DNA of 64,000 bases from positions 124,001-188,000 of the IMG/VR virus record IMGVR_UViG_3300017987_000001; one strand, given 5' to 3'. Shown here piece by piece: positions 53,466 to 61,115 of this stretch. The notes beneath the pieces are model-generated. The model was not told where the DNA came from and did no database searches. It saw nothing but the letters and a program-made list of their open reading frames with translations. A program made the position numbers and the translations under genes. Each line of letters starts with the position of its first letter. Position 1 is the first letter of the stretch.

Positions 53466-53981
53466 CTAGGTGGGAGGTACGAAGTCAGTCAGCGAGGCTT
53501 TCGCTCCTCGCAGGAATGCCTTGGCGATATCGAGAAGCACCTTGGTCTCCTCACTCGGCTCGACCTTCGGTAGCTTGATGTCTTGGTCCATCTTCATCAA
53601 CAAAATCCGCGACAGGCTCTTCGCGCCCGGAAGGAATGCAGCGTCTTCGCCGGTAAGCCGCTCCTCCAGCTTCGTGTGGACGAGGTCCGTAAGCGAGACG
53701 AATCCGCCGTCACCGGGTGAGCCGGTGATGTTCGCTTCGAGCGTTTCGATCGCAGTGAGATACTTCTGTGCGTTCTTCGCATCGTCCTTGTTCGCTACAA
53801 AGTACGTGAAGACCGCAAGGTTGCCCGCCATCTCGGCATTCGAGACCGCCTGTGCGGGATCGTCGATGTCGATGTTCGGGCAACCAGCTATCGGCAATAG
53901 TAAGACCAACGCCAGCAAGCTGGTTAGTATCGCACGCAAAACTCGCCTCCTTTCGCTTGTAGTGGTACCACGAACCACCAC
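53466..53981 (-). CDS. Lipoprotein
   Basis: Basic N-terminus, hydrophobic core, lipobox IAG-C. Confidence 0.7.
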   Translation of the reverse strand: MVVRGTTTSERRRVLRAILTSLLALVLLLPIAGCPNIDIDDPAQAVSNAEMAGNLAVFTYFVANKDDAKNAQKYLTAIETLEANITGSPGDGGFVSLTDLVHTKLEERLTGEDAAFLPGAKSLSRILLMKMDQDIKLPKVEPSEETKVLLDIAKAFLRGAKASLTDFVPPT

Positions 53982-54025
53982 AAGATCAAGTGTATTCTGG
54001 GTCAGAAAACTAAGTCTAGCGGTAG

Positions 54026-54400
54026 CTAGAACCTATGACTTGGCATCGGCGGCAGGTCGTCTTCCTCGACGATCTCGGCCACCATGGATTGTGTCTCTGC
54101 TTCCAGAGCGGCAGCATCCTGCTCTTCCCGCTCGTATTCCCCACTGGCGCGCTTCTCTTTCTCGCGCTTGAGTATCTCCGCTACACGGTGCTGGTAGTTG
54201 GCAAGCTCTTCTTTGGTAGGTGTGAACAGCTTCCCGCCGATCCATACTGCCGCCCGCTCATCGTAGTCCTGAATGTCGAGCAGCAGCGAGAGCGCAGCAC
54301 TCCTGACGGCCTCCGTTCCGCCAGTCATGTACGCCCACAGCACGCGCGCAGCCTTCTCACCGGTATACGCGAACTCGATGAGCACTGCGTCGTCACTCAC
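54026..54400 (-). CDS. Hypothetical acidic protein (124 aa)
   Basis: ORF track; GTG start overlapping the upstream gene. Confidence 0.65.
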   Translation of the reverse strand: MSDDAVLIEFAYTGEKAARVLWAYMTGGTEAVRSAALSLLLDIQDYDERAAVWIGGKLFTPTKEELANYQHRVAEILKREKEKRASGEYEREEQDAAALEAETQSMVAEIVEEDDLPPMPSHRF

Positions 54401-54725
54401 GGGTACCGTTCCCTTTCACAACACGAATCAGCTTCTTCACCGCAGTCAGGATCCTCGGCTCGCCAGCCTGTTCATCGGCTTCGAACGGCCGATTCTCATC
54501 CGACCCGGCGTACTGCACATTGATCTTGTTGGAGGATGGCCACCAGTTCAGGATGTACTCACGCGCCCTGAACTGATGGCCTCCTGAGATATCACGACAC
54601 TCGATCCCGTACTTCTGACAGAGTGCCTGAAGGATTGGCAGCCACTTCTGGAGTCGCTTCTTCCGCTCACGGCGGCGCTCGCGACGCTCCAGCCTCGCTG
54701 TCTTGTATTGATTGGTTGCCTGCAT
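54393..54725 (-). CDS. Hypothetical basic protein (110 aa), probably leaderless
   Basis: ATG lies 7 nt after the -10 box; no RBS. Confidence 0.65.
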   Translation of the reverse strand: MQATNQYKTARLERRERRRERKKRLQKWLPILQALCQKYGIECRDISGGHQFRAREYILNWWPSSNKINVQYAGSDENRPFEADEQAGEPRILTAVKKLIRVVKGNGTRE

Positions 54726-54731
54726 ATGAGA

Positions 54732-54760
54732 GTTGTACTGCGTGCAACCAGCGACGTCAA
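54732..54760 (-). promoter_or_regulatory. Sigma70-type promoter TTGACG-N17-TACAAC
   Basis: Read directly. Confidence 0.75.
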
Positions 54761-55198
54761 CTACTCACGTTGCGAGCGCGGGACGAGCGAGAACTCCGTC
54801 GCTACGAGATCGAACCCCGCAATGAAGTCCTCCACGACGATGTACTTGCGTGGGGTTCCGTTGCTGGAATTCGTCGGGTCGGGTATCGCATCTCCGCGCA
54901 TGAGCTGCTCGTACAGCTTCAGCGGATCGTGCCCGAGCGCCTTGGCGAGATTGATGAACGACTTCGCGCGCATTGCATCCTTGCGCGAGTAGTTCTCGAT
55001 CGTCGACCGGCCGACTCCCGCCTTCTTCGCGAACGCGCCCATCGTCATGCCCTTCTTCGCATTGTGCTGCTTGATGAGCGTAAGAAGTGCGGGCATCAGC
55101 TCGCCCATGTACAGATCCACGCCCCAAGGCTGTCGTCCGTGCAGTACCTCTGCCAGCACGTGTGCCTCGTGAGCGTACGTCTTGTCCTTCGTCGCCAT
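54761..55198 (-). CDS. XRE-family HTH DNA-binding protein
   Basis: Start MATKDK; GMTMGAFAKKAGVGRSTIENY...LAKALG. Confidence 0.8.
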   Translation of the reverse strand: MATKDKTYAHEAHVLAEVLHGRQPWGVDLYMGELMPALLTLIKQHNAKKGMTMGAFAKKAGVGRSTIENYSRKDAMRAKSFINLAKALGHDPLKLYEQLMRGDAIPDPTNSSNGTPRKYIVVEDFIAGFDLVATEFSLVPRSQRE

Positions 55199-55223
55199 AC
55201 GTCCTCCTCGTTCTGTTGAGCTG

Positions 55224-55706
55224 CTATGCGACCTTGTACTTCGCGAACGCCTTGGTGATCGCTGCATCGAGATCTTCCAATGCGAGGATCATTCGGCGGT
55301 GCTTCAGAAGCTCGTCCTTCGTAGCATCCGTCTTCAACTGCTTCGAGTTGCGCTTGCTGTAATCGCGGTTACCCATGCCGTTACGCAGCGAGGACTTGGC
55401 GCGACGCAGGCGCTTCTGGATATCGCGACTCACTTCATTGAGCGTCGGCGTCGTCGTGTAGCCGTGCTTCGTGTGCACGACCACGCCGAGAGAGCGACGG
55501 ATATCCGTCAGCACCTTGCCCAGCGGCCTGTCGACACTATCACGCGCGAGCGCAGCGATGAGCGCCGCCTTCTCGTGATACTGTGCCGTGGCCATGTGGT
55601 TTTCGAGCTTCTGGTGCGGCTTGTCCGGGAGTCGGAACGTGCGAGCACGCCCTACGTACGTGATTGCTTCCTTCTTCCGCTTCGGCGCTGTTTTCGTCTT
55701 CACCAT
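55224..55706 (-). CDS. Hypothetical basic protein (160 aa)
   Basis: ORF track; RBS AGGAG. Confidence 0.65.
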   Translation of the reverse strand: MVKTKTAPKRKKEAITYVGRARTFRLPDKPHQKLENHMATAQYHEKAALIAALARDSVDRPLGKVLTDIRRSLGVVVHTKHGYTTTPTLNEVSRDIQKRLRRAKSSLRNGMGNRDYSKRNSKQLKTDATKDELLKHRRMILALEDLDAAITKAFAKYKVA

Positions 55707-55715
55707 TTCTTTCTC

Positions 55716-56450
55716 CTAACGACGGGTGTTCACTTTCGACCCCGCCGGTTTTTCACTCAGCCCGCGTCGCTTGGCTTTGTTCACTGCCACCCCGTAGTTG
55801 AAGGCCGTGAACGGCAGCCCCTGCTGACGGACCGCCTCTCCGAGGAGCGTGTCGCCACCATTGTGACTCAGCCGCACGTCGGGCCAGTCGATCTGCTTCA
55901 TGACATCCGTGCGGAGCCACCAGTAGGCTCCCTGTGCGAATGTGATTCCGGGGGACTTGATACCGGGCGTTCGGGTCGCACACATCTCCGTGGGCTTCCC
56001 TTTGAACCACGTCGCCTGCTTGATGAAGTCCCACTGCCCCGGAAGGTGGTGCACGTACCACGACTGCCCAACATACGAGCAGTTCGGGACGCGCGCGATA
56101 TGTCCTGTTGTCTTCTGCCACCAATCGCTCTTGTCGATATACGAGTCGTCATCGAACCAGAGGATCCATGGGGTTTGCGGCTTCCACGTCTCCATCTCGT
56201 GGAACATCAGCCGCATGGCCTTGTACTTCGGCTTGTTCTCTTCGCTGAAGAGGTACTCGAAGTCCGCGCTGCCGTGCTTCTCCTTGAAGCCCATCACAAG
56301 CTTCTGCGACGGCTTGCCAATGGTATTGCACCACAGCCTGATCACCGCCTGATCGAGCGGCGTGTAAGCGAACAGCGAGCGAAGGAGGCGCGTGTGCAGG
56401 GCAAGATCGTTGCCGTACAGGAGCGCGTAAATTGTCACGAACTCATTCAT
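55716..56450 (-). CDS. GT2-like glycosyltransferase (stand-alone)
   Basis: WILWFDDDSYI, FAQGAYW, HNGGD..LG. Confidence 0.7.
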   Translation of the reverse strand: MNEFVTIYALLYGNDLALHTRLLRSLFAYTPLDQAVIRLWCNTIGKPSQKLVMGFKEKHGSADFEYLFSEENKPKYKAMRLMFHEMETWKPQTPWILWFDDDSYIDKSDWWQKTTGHIARVPNCSYVGQSWYVHHLPGQWDFIKQATWFKGKPTEMCATRTPGIKSPGITFAQGAYWWLRTDVMKQIDWPDVRLSHNGGDTLLGEAVRQQGLPFTAFNYGVAVNKAKRRGLSEKPAGSKVNTRR

Positions 56451-56974
56451 TGGCGTCTCAGATCCTTAGACATCATCCTACTGAAGAGCCGCTGCTTCAC
56501 GTCGAAGATCGCATTCTTGATGCTGTCGATCTTGCGATAGCCCTTCTTCGTGACCGCATCCAGCTCTTCGATGGCTTTGGATATCACTCCCGTGAAGTGC
56601 GATGCCGTCTCGACTACCTGAGGACCGTTCGCTACCTGCTTGAGCGCAACAGCGAGATGGTCCACGAGCGCGGCATTGAACTCCGCAGGCGGCAGCGACT
56701 CGATGCCGGATATCATATCCCAATACTTGAGCGGAATGCGCATATCATGCTGATCATCGTCGTCCGGGTCAACGCGCTTGCGCACGTCACCGTGCCGGAA
56801 GGCAACAGCAACTTCGTTGACGACGATGACCTCGAAGTCACAGCCGGGATACGCAATCACGACGCTAGGCAGTGAGTTCTTCCCGCCCTTCACGACCACT
56901 GACGAGAAATTACTCCGTCGAGATTTCTTCAAAAGTCTGGGATCCAAGCCAGACCACGACTTACGTTTGGCCAT
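56447..56974 (-). CDS. Hypothetical protein (175 aa)
   Basis: ORF track; RBS GAGGGGG. Confidence 0.65.
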   Translation of the reverse strand: MAKRKSWSGLDPRLLKKSRRSNFSSVVVKGGKNSLPSVVIAYPGCDFEVIVVNEVAVAFRHGDVRKRVDPDDDDQHDMRIPLKYWDMISGIESLPPAEFNAALVDHLAVALKQVANGPQVVETASHFTGVISKAIEELDAVTKKGYRKIDSIKNAIFDVKQRLFSRMMSKDLRRQ

Positions 56975-56989
56975 TTCACCCCCTCATCG

Positions 56990-57017
56990 TTGACTTACAT
57001 CACCCAAGGTGTATCAT
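56990..57017 (+). promoter_or_regulatory. Sigma70-type promoter TTGACT-N16-TATCAT on the plus strand
   Basis: Read directly; opposes the coding direction. Confidence 0.6.
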
Positions 57018-57022
57018 TGCTC

Positions 57023-57155
57023 TGCTTGGCGGAGAGTTCGGGAGGCAGATCACAACTTCAACCCCCCAGCAAGTGATTTCCGATACAGACAGTGGGGCAC
57101 TGCTCTGTCCACCAAGCAACAACGGCGACCCAGCCCGGGTCGCCGTTGCTTTTTT
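57023..57155 (+). ncRNA. Putative structured small RNA (~130 nt)
   Basis: Lies between a plus-strand promoter and terminator; closing stem TGCTTGG/CCAAGCA plus internal hairpins. Confidence 0.5.
57121..57155 (+). terminator. Intrinsic terminator on the plus strand
   Basis: AACGGCGACCC/GGGTCGCCGTT 11 bp stem, then GC-TTTTTT. Confidence 0.75.
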
Positions 57156-57171
57156 GGACGCGTCCAACAAT
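57150..57171. promoter_or_regulatory. 22 bp palindrome copy 6 (TTTTTTGGACGCGTCCAACAAT)
   Basis: Perfect 14 bp core; intergenic. Confidence 0.75.
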
Positions 57172-57495
57172 CTACTTGGAGTCGGATGCAGAGCTGGACT
57201 CCTCCTCGTCAGGCTTCGCCTCACCGGTCGCACGCTTCTTCAGCCCGTCTTCGAGCGCGGTGCCGCCGATGAACATCGCCGACACAGTAGCGACAACCAT
57301 GCCGAAGATCTCCGCCATGTTGTTGACGATCTCGGGATCCTCTCCCTCCGGGAGCCGCCCCAACAACATGAAGTAGCTCGCCACGACCGCCAGTATGGCG
57401 AAGACGCCCTTCCGACTCGCGAAGATGTTACCGAGAGACTTGAGTCCTCCGTACTTCGCAAGCTGCTCCACGGCTTTCGCGACATGGTTCTTCAT
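57172..57495 (-). CDS. Two-TM membrane protein (holin-like topology)
   Basis: Two hydrophobic helices, charged C-terminus; function is inference. Confidence 0.6.
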   Translation of the reverse strand: MKNHVAKAVEQLAKYGGLKSLGNIFASRKGVFAILAVVASYFMLLGRLPEGEDPEIVNNMAEIFGMVVATVSAMFIGGTALEDGLKKRATGEAKPDEEESSSASDSK

Positions 57496-57523
57496 CTCTG
57501 CATCCTCCCATTGCGCCGGGGGC

Positions 57524-58252
57524 CTAGATCCCGGCCGCTTTCAGTGCCTTCTCGACGTCTACCACGAGCTGCTTCGCGATCGGCAGCTGCTCGTGAAGCG
57601 CTTCCGCCACCTCTTCCAGCTTATCATCCGGCGTCTTGTCGCGCTTCGCGAACTCGCGCAGCCGGACCAGCAGGTCGGGCAGCAGCTCGCCGTTGACCTT
57701 GGTCAGGACCGTGGTCGCCGTCTTGATCGGGCGTGAGAGGCCGCTCGGGACGCCCTTGTCGTCGTCCTTCTTCGTCTTCTTCGGATCCTGCTCGCCCTTG
57801 TACTCCTTGACGGCCTCGATGAACTCGTCGGAGTTCTTGAACTTGCCCTTCTCCCACGCCAGCTGGAACTTCGCGCGGTCGTCGGGATCCTCGATCTTGA
57901 CGAGATAGAGCATCGCGCGCCACGGCCAGAGGTCGGCAAGCTTCTTCACTTCCGACTTCTTGAAGAGCCGCGAGAACTTGATCGCCGCGTAGACGAGTGT
58001 CTTCTCCTCGCCGAGATACTTGATGATGTCCTCGACGACGTGGGCACCGTAGGTCTTCTCGTGAAGCTCCTTGCCCTCCTCGTCGGCCATCGTACGAGCG
58101 ACAATGCCGAGATCGTACTTCCAGACGAGGTCGACCTTGGTCATCTCGTGCTTGCGGTTCGCCAGCTCGTTGACGTCGTCGCGGAACTTCGACTCCGCAG
58201 CCTTCAGCATGGACTTCTTCTGCGTCACAGTGATCGTTGCAGCTTCAGCCAT
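57524..58252 (-). CDS. Hypothetical charged helical protein (242 aa)
   Basis: Start MAEAAT (RBS GGAGG). Confidence 0.7.
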   Translation of the reverse strand: MAEAATITVTQKKSMLKAAESKFRDDVNELANRKHEMTKVDLVWKYDLGIVARTMADEEGKELHEKTYGAHVVEDIIKYLGEEKTLVYAAIKFSRLFKKSEVKKLADLWPWRAMLYLVKIEDPDDRAKFQLAWEKGKFKNSDEFIEAVKEYKGEQDPKKTKKDDDKGVPSGLSRPIKTATTVLTKVNGELLPDLLVRLREFAKRDKTPDDKLEEVAEALHEQLPIAKQLVVDVEKALKAAGI

Positions 58253-58286
58253 TACGTCCTCCAGTTTCCCGATTCCTCCGCAGGAA

Positions 58287-58718
58287 TCACTTGTCGTCCG
58301 CTGAATCCTCAGGGACGAGATACCCTCCGTCTGACATTGCGGCCTGTTTGAACAGCCGCCGCAGTTCCTTCGCCGCACACCACCGCTCGTGCACGTTTAG
58401 AAGGCCGTGCGCAGTTTCGCGCACGGAGAGCGCTACCACGTGGAGGTCAAGCTCCACAAGCGCGGCATGCTCCTCTGGTGTGAGTCCTTCCGTCAGGATG
58501 TTGTACACGGGGCTGTCCTGCATGAGCCGCACGAGCGTCGATAGATTCTCCGCAAGACGCTCGTCCGGTCGCATAACAGCCAGCCGCCCGAACAGTACCT
58601 TCGCCTGCTCGGAGATGTGCGACTCCGTCATCTCCTCGCCGAGCTTCTTCAGATCGTCAGCGCTCGGGTAGGATCGTGACTTGAGCTTCTCCGGCGGGAG
58701 AAGCGGGCGCTCTTTCAT
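58287..58718 (-). CDS. Hypothetical protein (143 aa)
   Basis: Start MKERPL; ATGA overlap. Confidence 0.6.
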   Translation of the reverse strand: MKERPLLPPEKLKSRSYPSADDLKKLGEEMTESHISEQAKVLFGRLAVMRPDERLAENLSTLVRLMQDSPVYNILTEGLTPEEHAALVELDLHVVALSVRETAHGLLNVHERWCAAKELRRLFKQAAMSDGGYLVPEDSADDK

Positions 58719-59206
58719 GGTTGCCATTTCTGTCTCAGCCCAGCGGCAAATGCGTCGAACGGCAAAACCGTGAGCCGCGAGCCATCGTGGCCGTTCCGAA
58801 TGATCGCGTTGACGCCCGGGATGACCGAGACGTCGGCATCGTGGATGATCCAGTTGCTCTTGGCGACCAGCGGGAAGACCACTCCTACTTTCAGTCCTTC
58901 TTCGTGCGTCGCGCGGGCTTCGATGAACGCCTGCGCGATCGGATGCTTCATGAAGGATTTCAGCAACAGGTCTCCGATGACCTGCCCCTTCAGTTTGGTA
59001 ACGGTGACATATACGGGTGGGTTGTACGCGTCGTTGAACCACTCGAACCCGAACTCATCACCGGCCTCGTGCGCCAGCTCTCGGGCATCCTCATCATCCA
59101 ACAGGATGGAGAGGAGCCGGTTGAGCATGCGAATGTCATAACGCTGCTCCGATTGCTGCCGCTTGTCGGCTTCGAACTGGTCGAAGCCGGGAAAGAGATT
59201 GTTCAT
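58715..59206 (-). CDS. Hypothetical protein (163 aa)
   Basis: ORF track; ATGA overlap. Confidence 0.65.
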   Translation of the reverse strand: MNNLFPGFDQFEADKRQQSEQRYDIRMLNRLLSILLDDEDARELAHEAGDEFGFEWFNDAYNPPVYVTVTKLKGQVIGDLLLKSFMKHPIAQAFIEARATHEEGLKVGVVFPLVAKSNWIIHDADVSVIPGVNAIIRNGHDGSRLTVLPFDAFAAGLRQKWQP

Positions 59207-59781
59207 ACCGTTCCCTCATCACACAGCGAGTCGGTGAGCTTCCTGATATAGTTGCGCACGCGACGGAGCCACTCGCAGTCACGGAAGTTGACGAAGAACA
59301 TGAAGACGGGGATGTTGAGCACCTGCGCCAGACCACGCACGTACGTACCATTTGGCGCTGTGTCGTTGCGCTCCCAGTACGAGATAGTGGTCTGTGCGAC
59401 TGGGATACCCTTGTCAGTCATGAGCTTCGCGAGGCGCCACTGTGGGACGCTCCGCTCTTCTCTGAACCTCCGTAGATTCTCTCCGAAGTGGTAGTCGTAG
59501 TGCGTGGGTGGTTGGGGGAGCGCGGGCAGATCTAAGATCTGCCCGGGCGGGACAGCTATGTACGCTTCATCCGATAGCTCATTGTTCTCGGTATCGAACT
59601 TCAGGTCTTCGAAGTGGTGCCAGTAGAGCTTGCGACGCCCATTCCACTGTACGGCGACCTTGTTGAAGTTCGACACACGAGTCGTTTGCTTGCGTACCGC
59701 GATACCCTTACGATCCTTCTTCGCGACCAACAGCTTACCGTTGGCCGCATACAGATCCGTACGCGCCCACACAACCCCCAT
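59203..59781 (-). CDS. Protein with C-terminal XRE-family HTH
   Basis: FGENLRRFREERSVPQWRLAK...QTTISYWERN..P. Confidence 0.85.
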   Translation of the reverse strand: MGVVWARTDLYAANGKLLVAKKDRKGIAVRKQTTRVSNFNKVAVQWNGRRKLYWHHFEDLKFDTENNELSDEAYIAVPPGQILDLPALPQPPTHYDYHFGENLRRFREERSVPQWRLAKLMTDKGIPVAQTTISYWERNDTAPNGTYVRGLAQVLNIPVFMFFVNFRDCEWLRRVRNYIRKLTDSLCDEGTV

Positions 59782-59827
59782 GTAGTAGCTCCCTCCTCAA
59801 GCAACCCATATGCTATCTGAAGTGGAA

Positions 59828-61024
59828 CTACGATTCAAGCGGCTCGTCGTCTTCGCACGCAACTTCCGGATCCTGAACCGTGGACTCCGGAATGGGCATA
59901 GCACCCACCCATTCCTTGTAGTCGTTGATGCCCAACCGCTTACGGAGTTCGACCATAAGCTCAGGATTCGACTGAACAGCCAGCCCCACATCCTGCCCGG
60001 AAACCGCCTTCAGCCCGAGCTGTCGACAGTTGAACGAGCGCGTGAGCGCCGTCATATTCTCCGTAGAGGGTGTCACCTCAATGAGATCCTTTACCGCCGC
60101 TTTCTGCTGCGACAGCATTTCGGCGGTAGCGTGATTCCAGTCGAAATGCATTCGTGCGAGCGGGCCAGAATGATCGTAGACGAACAGCGTGTCGATCGAG
60201 CGCTTGTGCTCGCCAAACGAGTTCTTCTCCGATCGGAGCCTGAGCTGCGTCAACGTCTGCTCGGACCCGCGCTGATCCTTGATGCGGCGGATGCTGAGGT
60301 ACACGGTCGCGTAGAAGTCCTGCGCGATACCGCTCGGCTTCGACTTCTCGTGGCCGGTACGCCCATCCATCTTCTGCTTCTCGTGGTTCACGTAGATCAT
60401 CGCCATCGGCCAGCCTGCAAGCTTGCTGGCATACGTCTTCAGCCACTTCGTCCAGAGCAGCGCTTCGGACGAGTAGTCGCGCTTCGCCGAGCCGTCCTTC
60501 GCGATCTGTTCTCCGCGCTCCTCCGTGGCTGCGCCACTCAGGCTGTCCAAACCTACTGCGATGAGGAAGTCGCGACTCGGCTTCTCCTTCTTCATCCACT
60601 CGATAATCCACGTCAACGACTCCTGCGCTGCATCGACGCTGGTAACGGGACGCATGAGGATGCGCTTCGCCATCTCGCCGCATGTTGACTTCAGCATCGG
60701 TGCGCTGATCTTCTCGCCTTCCGTCTCCACGAGCCAGCCGGATCCCGTGAAGCTGCAGATGTGCCGCATGAAATCAAGCAGGAGCGCCGACTTGAACGAC
60801 TCGGGCGGCCCAGCGATGCCATACGACTTCCCGAGGATCAGCTTGTCACTACCGAACAGGTACTCCAACGCCAGCGACTGGAGCGGCAAGCCGACGTGCC
60901 GCTCGTTGATCAGTTCGCTGGCGTAAACGCCCTCCGCGCCGAACTGATTCTGTGCGCCATGCAGCAGCCCAAGGTGGGCGTCGGCAGGCATTGCTGCAGT
61001 GGCTTTCGCTTTTCGCTTTCCCAT
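59828..61024 (-). CDS. recA: RecA/UvsX-like recombinase
   Basis: Walker A-like GPPESFKS, Walker B VGLDSL, VNHEK, GIAQDFYATVYL, EKNSFG. Confidence 0.85.
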   Translation of the reverse strand: MGKRKAKATAAMPADAHLGLLHGAQNQFGAEGVYASELINERHVGLPLQSLALEYLFGSDKLILGKSYGIAGPPESFKSALLLDFMRHICSFTGSGWLVETEGEKISAPMLKSTCGEMAKRILMRPVTSVDAAQESLTWIIEWMKKEKPSRDFLIAVGLDSLSGAATEERGEQIAKDGSAKRDYSSEALLWTKWLKTYASKLAGWPMAMIYVNHEKQKMDGRTGHEKSKPSGIAQDFYATVYLSIRRIKDQRGSEQTLTQLRLRSEKNSFGEHKRSIDTLFVYDHSGPLARMHFDWNHATAEMLSQQKAAVKDLIEVTPSTENMTALTRSFNCRQLGLKAVSGQDVGLAVQSNPELMVELRKRLGINDYKEWVGAMPIPESTVQDPEVACEDDEPLES

Positions 61025-61093
61025 GATTCCTCCAAGGTGGGCGGCCGTAGGTCATCACGTGGTGCCCCGTTTTAAATGCACCGCCCACCCACG

Positions 61094-61115
61094 ATTGTTG
61101 AACGCGACCAACTAT
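61094..61115. promoter_or_regulatory. 22 bp palindrome copy 7 (ATTGTTGAACGCGACCAACTAT)
   Basis: Consensus match; overlaps a stop codon upstream of recA. Confidence 0.65.

Noticed and set aside
57172-57495. Complete lysis cassette (holin-like gene plus lipoprotein at 53466)
   Set aside because: No endolysin was recognised and the genes are not adjacent; they are kept only as topology-based calls.
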